From Octopus sinensis (lineage: Eukaryota): a stretch of DNA of 64,000 bases. The stretch spans positions 33,852,001-33,916,000 of the forward strand of contig NC_043005.1 of assembly GCF_006345805.1 (NCBI RefSeq), in the 5' to 3' direction. Shown here one piece after another: positions 48,366 through 62,009 of this stretch. The notes beneath the pieces were generated by a model that was not told the DNA's origin, did not search any database, and saw nothing but the letters and a program-made list of their open reading frames with translations. Each line of letters opens with the position of its first letter. Positions within the stretch are counted from its first letter, which is position 1. The position numbers were made by a program, and so were the translations under genes.

Positions 48366-51289
48366 CAGCATTGCAATAGATCTTAAACAGCTTGCAAAAC
48401 TTTTGAGTAGCTTCTGCAGTTTGTGCATTGGGCAAAACATCTCTGATATAAATTTCATCTATCTCGAGGGACCTTTCTTATTGCGGCCGAAGGCAACGTG
48501 TCTTTAGACCCACGTTTAATAAAATAATTTTCATCCTTCAACCGTCTTTTTAGAGAATATTCTTATTGTAAACATCAACTCTGTTCTGATTTATGCGTAA
48601 GAAACGTTTCAGCTCATATCTTTTGACTATTCCATTATTCTCAATTCACCCACCTAACATACATAAAATAAATTCTACATTATGCACATATTAAAATGTT
48701 TACTGTTATTAATATTGTTGAAGCTAATTGTTTCTTCTTAACTTACTATTACTATCGATCATTTAACAGGTTAATTATAACATGACTACAAACGGTATAT
48801 TCGTGAGCCCAACGCCCTAACCACCAGTGGCCAGGTTGTCACTCATCTGTCTCGTTTTATGACTACGAAGATGACTCATGAGTTCAGCTTTACTGAGGCA
48901 GGGTCTTGCACAGACATTGCATGTCAGAATCAAAGGAAGACCCTTCTCTTCTGGAAGTGTAATAGCTATGCCCTTCCTGATATCCCTCCTTACTTTCTCA
49001 TGTGCAATCTACATATTGGCATATATACACACATTGTGTGTATCTGTGCAATAGAGAGGGAAATTAAAACTGCATATGTTGTGAACTTAGAATATGTGTT
49101 TATTAATAAAGGTTTAATAACGATAATCATTTATTCATACGAACGTAACTGATATGAAATATGTCATAAATAACAGTGACAATCAAAATATACACAGCCG
49201 GAAGTTGTTGTTGACAAACAACAGCAGTAATTGTATTCACCTCAATAGACGTCGTTGATTGGTTGAAATTGCCGAAATACGAGAAATTTAACAACAAATA
49301 TCTTACAAACTACAGAATTTTCTCAAGAACGCCAAGAGAAAAAGATGTTTAATGTGACACATTCTACCAGTATACGAAGTTTAAAAGTGTTTAGTTTACA
49401 AAATATTATTTTCTAAATCTGCCGATCAAAGTGAAAAGATCCCACTCACCAATAACTCAGAAGGTTTATATCTATGGGGGATATTCCTGTCTTGTGGTGG
49501 CTCTTAGAATCATATCTTGTTGCAGACGTTACACATACTATTGTTTAATTTAGAAGTTGCTGTTCTAGAAATAACCATACTGCCCTTTAGTTCCAGAAAA
49601 ACTGTATTTAAGACAATATTATCCAAAGTGTACTTCCTATTTGTAAAATAGTAAGTTGTAATTTAGGGAGATTTGGCTACTATTTAGAGCAGGTCAAGAG
49701 ACGAAGTAGAGGCTCGCAACACGTTACCTTGTGCAAGAAGTTGCTAAGGAGCTGGAATTGTGACATCGTGTTTTAAGTGAACGGAATCAACATCCTGTTT
49801 CCTTTGTAGCGAATCTTGTATGCATGAAGTGGATTCGATCCACCATAGCCAATTTTAAATTAAGACTACCACAAAACTTTTCCCACGGTAGAACAATGGT
49901 TTTTCTCAGACAGCAGTTTTACATTTTCCAGATGCCTTTAGCTAGGCCGAAGCAATGTCTTCACCACTTGACCCTTTCTAACCTCTTCTACCTCACCAAA
50001 AGCTAGAATAGATAACAAGACCACCAACTAAATCTATTGTTCTCAATGTATATCTAGCCTTCTGGATCTTTATATAAGCAAACACACCCCAAGCAAAAAA
50101 GAGTTAGTAACTTGTCGGCAACTGAACGAGGCAGTTCATGACGATTCAATTAGTAAGGAAAGGACTGCTAGGATATAATGGTCAGAGAGAGAAATAAAAA
50201 TTCCTACCAGCAACTTCAGACAACGTCCCACACTCTCTCACTCTCACTAGCTCGAATTCTGTTCTCTTACAACATCATTCTGTCTGTCTCCACAATTACT
50301 ACTAAACAATGAAGAGAACCCAAACTCAAACATTCTACCGCATCTAACTTTCGCATGCTTTTGGATTTATCAACCTGCCCGTCGAGGCAAGGTATTGTAA
50401 CGTAACGGTAAATAAACATTTCCATAAAACTTCATGCATTGTTCATCTTACACATTTTACAACTTGCCGTTTTTAATAACAAACTCTTATCGTCACAACT
50501 CGCTGCCTCCGACTTATCATAACAATATTTACAAATCAATTCCTCCCGCTACAGTCGGTTACCGTCGACTTCAACTAAATACTTTATCGTTACTAAACAA
50601 TTTCTCCCGATACAACGTGCAATAATAACAACAAATAATTATCATCACACCAGCCGACTTCGACATCATCTGTCACAACTGCTGACCACAACATCAACAT
50701 TGTATTGTTTACAAATCTGTTTCAACTGTTACACCTTTATACGTTTGAAGAACATCACTGCCTCCCTTGGAAGAGGAGTTTTGAACAGCACAATGTCCCA
50801 ATCCGCTAGTCTGTGGCCCAGAATGCGTAAATATGAAAAAAAAAATGATGTTATAATGGTAGGTAGCATCACAGAGTAAGAAGTTATAACTACAGGCATA
50901 TCACAACCGCAAAATGGCTTCAGATTTTATTATTTCATTTCATATATTTTATTGAAGCCGCTAATGCTCTTGGGAAAGCATATACATCACAGCATTTTAT
51001 TTTCTCATTCTTAAAATATAGGGATTTCTTGCACTGACAAAATACCACACTATTTTTATAATAGAGGTAAAGACGCCTTAATCAGTATCAATACTTATTT
51101 TATCGATACTGGAAGGATATAAAACAAAGTCGACTTCGGTATAATTTGAACTTAGATCATAAAAAGGATCTTTTCTGTTGCTGTCACAGTTTTTAAATTT
51201 TAAAATAAAGTGAACATTTTCAAATCGGGTATATAGATGTAATTTTTCACGCTGACTCTAAGAAATCTTGAAATTTTAATGAACAAAGT

Positions 51290-51768
51290 CATGTGAAATG
51301 TTGAAACAGGCATGTAAACAATATAAAAAGGTAAAAATACCCTCCACAAGTTACTGAAAATTGCGGTTGCCTGAAGAACCGACTGACGTATGTATCCTCT
51401 ACTGTCGCGACTATGAGACATGGCACCGCATAAAGAAAAGCATGCCTGGTTTACAACACACTCCTCCGAAAACCCACTGCTCAGGTAGCAAGCTTCCTTC
51501 CTCGGTTGCATTTATGTCTTCAGAAGAGTGTTTCATCTATCTCAATAATTTTCCCAGGATCGCCTATCTGAACTGGGTTATAGAGCAGGTCCTCCACACA
51601 CATTTCACGAACATAGCTGTTGTAATCAGCAGCTGTGCAGTGGCTCGTCCCCAGTTCTTGCAAGTAAGAAACCGCATCCTCCTCGATTTTCAACTTCTCC
51701 ATCATATTCGGAAGGTTAAACGAGATGGCTGCGGACATTCTTAGTTGGAAAGGTCCAGAAAAATACAT
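51290..51768 (-). mobile_element. Merlin (ISXO2/IS1595-like) transposase relic, internally deleted
   Basis: PVQIGDPGKIIEIDETLF followed by NRGRKL..FLYAVP. Confidence 0.8.
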
Positions 51769-52331
51769 GGTTCAAAAATTATGAAAATGAGGACAGCCCT
51801 CGAAAATATCTGTTTGTTTTTCAAAAAAAAAAGAAAAAAAAGAGCACAGGTGAAAATTACAAAAATGAGATAGTATAAATCTTCAGAAAATAGGCGCTTA
51901 TCAAAGAAAATTGACAGGTAAAGACAATACGCGTGATTGTAGTAATTTATGCAAACTATACTTTGGTTTGTTACTGGGGAATAAACACCTATATGTCTAT
52001 GGCTTTCGATTGGCTAAAATTACCCCAAATTTGCAAATTTTAAAAGCTATTAACTTTTTATTTATTAATTTATTACAAAAATGAATTTCATTTCCATAGT
52101 TAGCATAAAAAATTACACCAGTACATCAAATTTGAAACCAATTGGAACAAAATTAAAAGAAGTGAAAACTAATAGCAACAGAAAACATCCTGTAAAAGAA
52201 CGTAACATGGCAGTGTGTCCTACGTTCTACTGATTTTGCCATACAGAAGATGATGTTTCGAGTACGACAGATGACAGAGAAAAGTTACAGTAGGGATGGA
52301 TGAAAAAAGGAAGACATATTAAATACCGTAC

Positions 52332-52772
52332 CATTCCATAAATGAACTGTTTGCGTGTAATTGGATAAGCACCATTTTTCGTCATAACATAAAACAAGGG
52401 AACTATTCGGCTTGTTTTGTACAGTGACCAGGAAATGAATTGTAAAGTCAAAGCTTGTAACTTATTCTCATCCGACAGATACGACTTGACTGCGTTCTGA
52501 AAGTCTAAAAGATTTTGTTCTTTTTTAGTTTTTCTCGTTTTTCCTTTGGTTTTCTTTTTCTTTCCTTCCGTAGATAGTTGGCTATCATTTTGTGGGACAA
52601 TTGCTTTCACGTCAGTTGCACCTAATAATTTCTTTGCGTTAAACAAAAAGACTTTCTTTAAATCTATGTCATATCCCTGTCTGAAAATGTTTTCCCTTGA
52701 AACACTTTTCGAGTCGTCAACAGAACTTCTAGGAGTCGCTTCAGTTTGTGCGGCTTTCAAAACAGCTGGCAT
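52332..52772 (-). CDS. Upstream coding exon of the same probable host gene (Lys-rich segment, first degenerate EF-hand)
   Basis: ATG at 52772; 147 codons to ATG|gtacgg donor (phase 0); RIVPLFYVMTKNGAYPITRKQFIYGM resembles an EF-hand. Confidence 0.7.
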
Positions 52773-53997
52773 CGTCTGGTTTTATGTATAAAAACCTGTT
52801 CTCTTTTTCTTTCCCAGGTTAGAACCTAGGAATATACGTGTGTGTGCGTGTGTGCGTGTAATATATATCTGTAAAGATCTCGAAATACAAAAGTCTGCTG
52901 ATTAAATTAATTTTCTAAAAGGAAGCCAGATTTTCTAATTTTCAAGCGGTGCATGAAGGGAACCTCCACAAGTTACATCAATGAACTTCAAAAGTTACCA
53001 AAGAAATAGCACGAAATTACTACTGTTGCTGCAACAACAAGAAGTAGTAGTTATTAATTATGAGAATTAAGCGTCGTTGAATATATTAGCAATCTCTAAA
53101 AGAGAAATCTTATGACGTCATAAATGCATTAAAAAAATTTTGGTATAAAGAAAGAAAGAAAGAAAGAAGTGAAATGAATTGATGTCAACTCATTAGAACA
53201 AATCATTGATAAAAATGGTCGTCGAGCAGAACCGTCGAAGGCAGATGCGATTGAAAATATTCCCCCTCCGACAAATATATCTACCTTACAAACTATTATC
53301 AAATTTATACACCAAATATGCACAAGATAAGAGCTCCATTAATGATTACATATAAAACCACCTCACAGATATTTGTTGCACGTCGACGTAGAACACATAA
53401 TTCTAGACATGCTGGTTCGTGCTTGACTCACACTCCATATCCAAAGGTTAGTAACGTCCACCAACCAGCGATGGCAGGTACACAGAAAACACAAGAAAAC
53501 TATTGGACACATGGATATTCGTAAAGACAAAAGAATGCAACAGAGCAGTCAATTATGAAGGCTTTACTTCAACATAGACTTGATCGTGACGCTGAAACAA
53601 ACTAAACAAGAAAGAACATTGCTGTGTGGTAATAGGTTTGCTTCCCAACCACATGGTTCCGGGTTTAGTTCCACTACGTGGCGCCTTGGGCAATGATCTT
53701 CTACTATGGCCTCTAGCCGACCAAAGCCTTGTGAGTGGAGATTTAGTAAATGGAAACTGAAAGAACCTGTCGTGTGTGTGTGTGTGTGAGTGTAGTGCAC
53801 TGTTCCGTAGTGTTAAGATCAATAAAAAAGTACTCCATCTGGTGAGAAATAAATATTATTTAATAAGAACAATATATGTTTTTTTTTGTGCTACTATTAG
53901 TTTTATGTGCTGAGAACATGCCAAACAGTGTTTTATAACGCATCTGGTATCCCAACGCAATCATCAGACACTGCCCACATAGCATAAGGAACTAAAA

Positions 53998-55521
53998 TGG
54001 GACGAGAGAAAAGGCGAGAAGGAAGTATATATAAGAGGTGGAAGGTTGAAGCAACAACGTCAACAACAGAAGCAGTTGTTGGAATTGCCGAAGCAACAGC
54101 AACTGTTAATACAACTGCTATTCAACAAAACAAAAAATACATCATGTTCGTTCACCCCTGATACGGTCGCAAACTCCAGCAGAGAATTCGCATATAATTC
54201 AGATGAGAGTACTACCTTTCCTGCTTACTTTAAAAGGTATGAGAACATTTTTAAAGACGAAAAATAAACCCGACTTTTGTTGAGAAAGTTGGCACGAGCA
54301 AGAAAAATATCAAAGAGACCGGGTGAAGTCTGTTTTGAAAAAACTGTTGCTACTCTATCAAAAGTTTTCAGCGAGAAAAGCTCTTTATTTAATACGTGTT
54401 GGAAATGCATGAACATTACAAAAAAAGAGGACGCTGCAATCGTTAGTAGGGAATGCAAGAGATTTGAAATTAATGGATTAACACCAGCCATATTTAAATG
54501 TTTAATTTTCGTGCAAGGTTTAACGGCAAACAAAGACGCGGAAATTCGAACCGAATTCTAACTAAATAAGGGCAGAATCACAAGTTAACACTACAAGAAA
54601 TATTTGAGGAGTGCCAGAGAATAATAAACGGAAGGCACGATATGGAACAAATTGAAGTAAGAAACTGCTCACATATACAATTGGTGCGACCGTAAGTAAG
54701 TTATGGAAAGCAGAAAATTAACCCATGTTTTGGATGTGGAGAATAACACTACAGATTCAACTGTCCGTATAAAAATAAAAAAATGCTTCAAGTGTGGTAA
54801 GATAGGTCATAAAAGATCACACTGTAAAACAAAACCTAGAAAATGGTTCAACAGAAAAGAAAATCATATAAACAGTTTATCGGTGACAAAAAATACAAAC
54901 GAGACTCAAAGGAAATTTGTATACATAAAAATTAATAATACAAATGTCAAATTACAGTTAGCTACAGGTAGCGACATTACTTTAATTAATGAAAACATGG
55001 GAAAAAATCGGGAAACCTACAATACAGATAACCTCGATGGTTGTATGTGGAGTCTCAGGAACTAAATTAATTTTTAAAGGCGAAATTATTTATAACGTTA
55101 TATTTCGAAGTAAGACTATAAAAGCGAAAGCTTATGTATTAAAAAATACAAACAACCTTTTTGGAACTGTTCGATTTATGGGATTTACCCATAAATAATT
55201 TTTGTAAAAATGTAATACAGAGTCAGAAATCTTTTTAAAAAGGAAATGAAAAGGTTGTTCACTGATGTTTTTTCGGGTGAGTTGGGTCGATGCAATAAAT
55301 TTAAAGCCAAATATCAGGTAAAAGAAAATTCATTATTAGTTTTCAAACCCAAACGTAATGTACCGTTTGCAGCACTGGAACGAGTGAATAAGGAATTAAA
55401 CAGACTGGAAAAAATGGGAATAATTGAAAAGATCGAGTACTCACATTGGGCTTCTCCAACAGTGTATGTTAAAAAGAAGAATAATAAAATTCTGTACGTG
55501 CAGATTTCTCGACGGGACTAA
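53998..55521 (+). mobile_element. Second decayed K02A2.6-like Gypsy relic, related to 119-3053, truncated in RT
   Basis: Degenerate PBS tgggacgag; FAYNSDESTTFPAYFKRYENIF, FKCLIFVQGL, CFKCGKIGHKRSHC, QLATGSDIT, FKPKRNVPFA..WASPTVYV. Confidence 0.88.
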
Positions 55522-58500
55522 ACATGTGGTCAATTAGGCCACATTCGAAGGAACTGCAAGGAAAATGAAGAAAAGGAGGAAGAGGAGAAAAAAGACAAAG
55601 AGGAAAAAGAAGAAACAGATGAGAAAAAACAACAAACAAAAGGAAAATACAACCAGCAACTCAGCCGAGAGCGGCGACTACTACAGAACAACGACCAAAA
55701 AAGACTGCCAGAAGAGAAAAAGAAGAAAAAGGCATAATAGCCGTATACACTAAAGATACTGAGCTCATGAGAGACATTCAACTGACAAAGACTGTAAAAA
55801 AAATAGATAACTTTTCAGAGGAATTTATCAATTACGACATATATGAAGTCTCAAATAAGACTCATAGAATTTTACAAAACAAATACAGAAAGACAGTATC
55901 TTCATTGAGATTAGATTTTAACAAGTCGATATTTCATGGATTACCAGCCCCGATCCCGCGAAAAAAGGAAAAGGTGGAGATTCCCCTCCACCTGATAATT
56001 CTGTGTCGGTGGTGAGACGGGATTTTGACAAATCTATTTCCCAAGACCGTCCACCTCCGACCCTGGATCAAAAAAAGGTGGAGGGTCCTCCTCCACCCGA
56101 CAATCCTGATTAAACAGGTAAGTCATGTCTATTCACATTGGTTGTATAAATGTTCGTGGCCTGTTGTCAAACTGGAAGCAAGGACGCTTTCTAAATGACA
56201 TCAGGTCGAGAAATTTGGATGTAATTGTTGCAACGGAAACCTGGATGAAGGGGCCAAGAGATCTGCTCCCCCTCCTGAACGGCTACGAGAAATATGTTTC
56301 TCCGAGTCGGGCGGGAGGTGGGGGGGGTCCTACTAAAAAGAAACCGGGTAGCCGAGAAAAAGTTGTTTTTTTCTGACCCAGAAGGCAGGCTGGTCGTTCT
56401 CGACTTGACATTCAGTTGTGGCAAGACAATCAGGCTGGTCGCTATTTACGCACCAAACATTATTGGCCCGCAAACTGAATATTTTCGTGACCTGGGAAAG
56501 TTCCTAGCCACGTCGCATTCACTAGTAGTATTAGGAGACTCTAATACAATATGTGCAGCACACACAGATTGTGTTGGCTCGAGCTCGAACATGAACAGAA
56601 AATGTAACCCAGGCTTTCGTGATCTGCTAAGTCAATTTCAGCTAGCAGATCCATATAGGTTGGAGCACCCGAACACTCCACAGTGGACGTGGTCAAATAG
56701 TAACGGGTCTACCAGAACATATCTAGATAGGATTTTAATTAGAGAAAAAGATAAGTCCATAGTTGAGTGTCCACAGTTTTTTCTAGTCAGCTACAGTGAC
56801 CACAAGATGGTTACCTGTAAACTGACGGTAGATAAGTTGCATAGACAGGGATCTGGCTACTGGAAACTCAATACGTCTCTTTTGGCGATTGAGGAGTACA
56901 GAAAGCGGATCAAGATGTTAATACAGAGGGCATTAACAGGTACCATCATTAATAACAAATGGTGGTACGCCCTAAAAAGAGCCATCAAATATGAGTCTAT
57001 TAGGTTTAACATAAGTTTAGCTAAGAAGGGACGTAAAATAGGAGATGGTCTAGTTAAGGAACTAGAAGAAGCCTGGAGGACTGGTAATACAGACCAAGCG
57101 AAGCCCACCACATGGGAAGTATTGCCAGAGCTAAGTTACGTGCAATGGGAAGTGAAGGAATCAAGGCCGCTGGATGGGCCCGAGTGGTGGAAGCTCGGCA
57201 AGGAAATAGTTCCTCTATTCGGTCTTTGACGAATCAAAATGGTATCTTGGTAAACGAACCCGAGAAAATGTGTGAGGTCTTTCGGGAGTACTTCGCCCAG
57301 CTGTTCGGGGGTGACGGCGGTCCTGGTGGTGGGAGAGCCCTCGAGGACTTTCTTGCCGGGCTGCCGTGCCTCTCGGGGTCGGATGCAGTGTCTTGCGAAG
57401 GGCCAATCACACCTGAGGAGGTGATGGAGGCTTTGGCTGATTGTAAAGCGGGTAAGTCACCGGGACTTGATGGTCTTCCGTACGAGCTGTATAAATGTAT
57501 GCCAGACTTGTTCGGGCAACTACTGATTGACGTGTACGCGAACTGGAAACAGAATGGGTTTATCCCCAGATCTGTGCGCCGGGGAGTAGTGACGTTGGTC
57601 AGAAAGGACCCGGACAAGGGGGACGTTCTAGAGAATTTCAGGCCCATCACTCTGTTAAACGCAGAAGTGAAGATTTTGGCCAATGTTCTAGCAAAAAGGT
57701 TGGCGCGTGTCGCAAATGGTATAGTCGGGGAGGCACAGACATGTGCCATCCCAGGCAGAACCATCTTATTCGCTATACCATAGAGAGGGTTGGTAATAAA
57801 TCTGGCAAAGGTGGGGCATTGATGCATTTGGACCAGTCTAAAGCTTTTGATAGGGTTGACCATCGATACCTAGCGACTGTACTTGCGCGGTTTGGCCTGG
57901 GTCTTGGCTTCGTCAGGTGGTTTATCGCTTTGTACCACAACATTGACTCGATAGTTCGGGTGAATGGTTTCCTTTCGAAGCCGTTCTGCATCAAACGCTC
58001 GGTTCGTTAAGGATGTCCGCTTTCACTACTTTTGTATGTGATGGCTCTCGAGCCATTACTGCGAAGGTTGAGTGGCATCCCGAGAGAACCAGGACTAGAG
58101 GAGTTTGTTACGGCTTTCGCGGATGATATCACTATCAGTGTAACCACAGTAGCACGCCTACGTGAAGTAGGTAAGACTATTGAGGCTTACGAGGAGGTAG
58201 CAGGAGCAAAGATTAACCGGGAAAAGTCGGTCGGCTTGCAGCTCGGCACCTGGGTTGGCAAGTCGATGCCTTCAGACAGCGTTGTTGGGCGCTGGACGGA
58301 GGGACCGGTTAAGTTGCTGGGAGTCTGGTTTGGACCAGGCCTCCAGATAGAGAAGAACTGGACGGAGGTATTGAGCAGGGTGGCTGCAGTAGTCAAGACC
58401 TGGTCTTGGCGGTGGCTATCCCTGAAAGGAAGGGCGGAGGTGGCCAATGTGTTTACCGCATCGGTCATTACCTACCGCCTGACCGTCGTGCCCTGTCCGG

Positions 58501-59673
58501 ATTCGTGGTTGATCAGGTTGGAGAGACAGTTCTTTCGCTTTTTGTGGAAGAGCAGGTCGCCTCTTGTGAAACGCTCTGTCTGCTGTCAAAAGCCTTTAAA
58601 GGGAGGTTTAGGGATGCCTTGGTTAATGATGCGCAGACATGCGTTGAGGTTGAGGCATCTCTGGATTCTCCTGGATAGTGAACGGGCGTGGTCTCCGCTA
58701 GCCAGACAAATGTTCCCTGAGTTCAAGAGTTTTTGCGAACAGGAAGCCTGGTGTTCTCGTAGACCTAGGTCGAGTGAGTGGCATAAAGAGTGCCGTAAGG
58801 CCCTCTTGCTGTTCCGGCGCTCGGGCAACGCCAGCGGTGGGGGTTCCACACGAATTTTATATAGTGGGTTGGTAGAGTCTGAATGCGACGATGGCCTGGG
58901 GTCGACTCTAGGTCTCGGATTTATTCAACTGGACAGCTTGTTTCATCGTACATTCCAAAAGTCCGTAACCTGGCAATGCTACAGAGGTGCCTTGCCCGTT
59001 TGGGATAAGCTCGCAAGACATGGTAAACGTCAGTCGCCGACCTGTCCAAGATCCTGAGGGGACAGGGAAACCGTCCCTCACGCTATTGTTCAGTGTCCGG
59101 AGATAACTGAAATGTGGGCTTATGCTGAACACCTGTTGTCCGGCGAAGGAAGAGTACGACTGTCGACTGAGTCAATTATAAAAATTGACCCACCGGGAGT
59201 TCTAACGAACGAAGGTAAGAATTGTTTTCTCACGGTTGTAGCAATAGCAAAAGAGGCAGTATGGAAGACTAGGATAAAAGGAATTAAGACAGGCAACTTT
59301 ATCTCTGGTCACAATTTACGATCTTTTTTTCTTTTCATTTGAAAAGGAAACTGTGGCTGGAGAACAGGTGTACGTTCCAAAAGAGATGGAAGCATGTTGC
59401 ACGAGTGTTGTGCGTGCAAGGAACCGTGTGAATAGACGGGAAAAAAAGGAAAAATAAAAAGGTATCAGCGGTAGATCGGGGCTTGTGGGATCGGAGCGTA
59501 ACTTAATCATCGCTTCATTTGTATTGTTTCTGTACTGTGTATTCCATTCGATTTTTTATGTATTGTATTTTATTTTTAAAGTCATATTTATGTAAAATCA
59601 TATCGATTCACTGATCCCATCAGTTATACTGTCCATATCTATGTTTGGCCCCCGGTGGGCAATAAAGAAATTC
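55522..59673 (+). mobile_element. 5'-truncated Tx1/L1-clade LINE (second, diverged family)
   Basis: Starts in the ORF1 knuckle (CGQLGHIRRNC); ORF2 56125 to about 59440 with IGCINVRG, KSPGLDGLPYELY, LDQSKAFDRVDH, AFADDIT, CPRS; ends gccc-ccggt-gggc-aataaagaaattc. Confidence 0.93.
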
Positions 59674-59856
59674 GTATTTCGTCTGCCGTTACATTCTGAG
59701 TTCAAATTCCGCCGAGGTTGACTTTGCCTTTCATCCTTTCGGGGTCGATAAATTAAGTACCAGTTACGCACTGGGGTCGATGTAATCGACTTAATCCATT
59801 CGTCTGTCCTTGTTCGTCCCCTCTGTGTTTAGCCCCTTGTGGGTTGTAAAGAAATT
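59674..59856 (+). mobile_element. SINE family 1 lacking its 5' head, Tx1-type tail
   Basis: Begins gtatttcgtctgcc immediately after the Tx1 3' end. Confidence 0.9.
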
Positions 59857-61339
59857 TATATTACGTATTTATCTGTACTTTTTCTGTGTGTGTTATTATT
59901 TTATATATTTTTCATTTCATATATTTTTGGCACTCGTTGACTCAGATAGCTGGATTTATAATTTCACTAGGATAATTCTATTCATAAAAATTTTAATTAG
60001 GAATATTTCAACACCTTAACTGAAATTTAGCCCACTTGACAGGAATTGAGAGCTATATCGTAGAACGGAGAAACTGTGGGTGATACAGATAATTTGACAT
60101 TATTTTTTAATTCTGCTTGCATAAACGTATAAGATATATGTATTCTTTTACTTGGGACAAATTCTTTGTTGACCAGTGTTATTCTTATCGTACTTTACAA
60201 ATCCAAGCATGAAAACGTTACTCAACTTTGGAGTTTTGGAGACAGACGCCCTCTTTTCACATATACACACACAATGAAGAGACAAAAGAAACAGTAAGAT
60301 GATACCTGTTGATTTTATAAGGTATTTCTGTTTATTTAGAAACCTACAATGAAATTAGGTATTTCTGCTTATTTAGAAACATACAGTGACGAAGTCAGAC
60401 GCTAAACTACAAATTTCACAGGGTACAACCTTAAAGTTGATACCGCTCCGCTAAACGCAGAAAATTTCTGTCTCGCTATTGGCTATAAATAGTTTTTTAC
60501 GATTTTTAAACCTCTGAAACTTTTTCCTCTAATTTTTTTCTCCACAACATCGTACCTTCAAAGCAATGAGACTGGAAGACTACATTATTATAGCCCATTT
60601 TCAGATTTTTTTTACTTCCTTTTTAAAAAATATGCTTATTTTGCGAATGAAAAAGTCTAGATCCTTAATTTGTTCGACTAAAGGTGGTGGTCGAGCATGA
60701 CCACAATCAAATGACCAAAACAAGTAAAAGAATAACTCCCTTCGGAAGTGCATCCATCGACTAAGTCCGTCCACATGAGACTTGGAAAGCAGCTTCTCGA
60801 GAAATATTCCCTATCTGATAACTTCGAATACATACTCAAAGAAGTTGCACAGCTCTACAGCAGTATATCATCATTATGAAAAGATGCAGAAAATAATGCA
60901 TGGTTAGCAGAAAGCTTCAGGATGACAGCAACATTGATAATTAAAGTAGTCTAATTTGGACCAACAACCGTATCACTAACTCTGACTGTGAAGGGTATAT
61001 GTTTGTAATCCGGGAACAGGAAATATATACCAAATTCCTGATGCACAAATGGGACATCGACGCGAGTAAAAAGCGAAATATGGTAACCGTTGCAATATTT
61101 GTGTAGTTAACACCGAAGATATCACACTCATCATAAGCAGCCGTCTGAAAATATTCAACAATGAGACATGAGGTAGATGCCAAGACACTATACAATGAGA
61201 TCCGTCGGGAGAATAATCCTCGGATCAAAGACATAAAAACCCGCGATGCAGTAGCGACCATAACCATTCGTAATGTAAAAATAGTACTGGTTGAATATCC
61301 CATTGAAAATCTCAATGCAATGCAAACATAATAATCCAA

Positions 61340-61680
61340 GAAGTTAATAATTGTTTATTAACTGTAAATGGTCATCTTCACTTACAGCCGTTTCAATTAA
61401 TGCTCAATAAACATTAAATTCACATTTATGTGAAACGAACATAATATCATCAGAGGAAAAAATGTATGTGTTCTATGAATGTTCTATGTGTACTTATGAA
61501 TTCATTGAGTCTACTAAAATGAATTCATAAGCACACATATAACATCCAAATGCACATCTTTCCCCTTTGGTGATATTGTGCTTCTGTCACATAAATGTAA
61601 ATTTAATGTTGAGTATTAATTGAAACGGCTGTAAGTGAAGATGACCAATTTGTTATTAATAATAAACAATTATTAACTTC
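61340..61680. repeat. About 340-bp imperfect fold-back element
   Basis: Outer arms gaagttaataattgtttatta / taataaacaattattaacttc; inner arms cttatgaattcat / atgaattcataag around a 13-nt loop (61506-61518). Confidence 0.9.
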
Positions 61681-61839
61681 CTAATCTCCATTTTCTTTTC
61701 TTCTTTTAAATGAATATAAACTATATGCTTTTATATATACCTATTATTTTAAGGAAACTCATTCTCCCAAAATACTAGGTATTAAACTAGTATTTCCTTG
61801 GATGAAGCCATTCCTTCATGAGGTTTACACATCCTCTAA

Positions 61840-61874
<35 letters not shown>

Positions 61875-61919
61875 TATATATATATATATATACAAACGAT
61901 ATATATATATATACAAACG

Positions 61920-61971
<52 letters not shown>

Positions 61972-61973
61972 AA

Positions 61974-62000
<27 letters not shown>

Positions 62001-62009
<9 letters not shown>

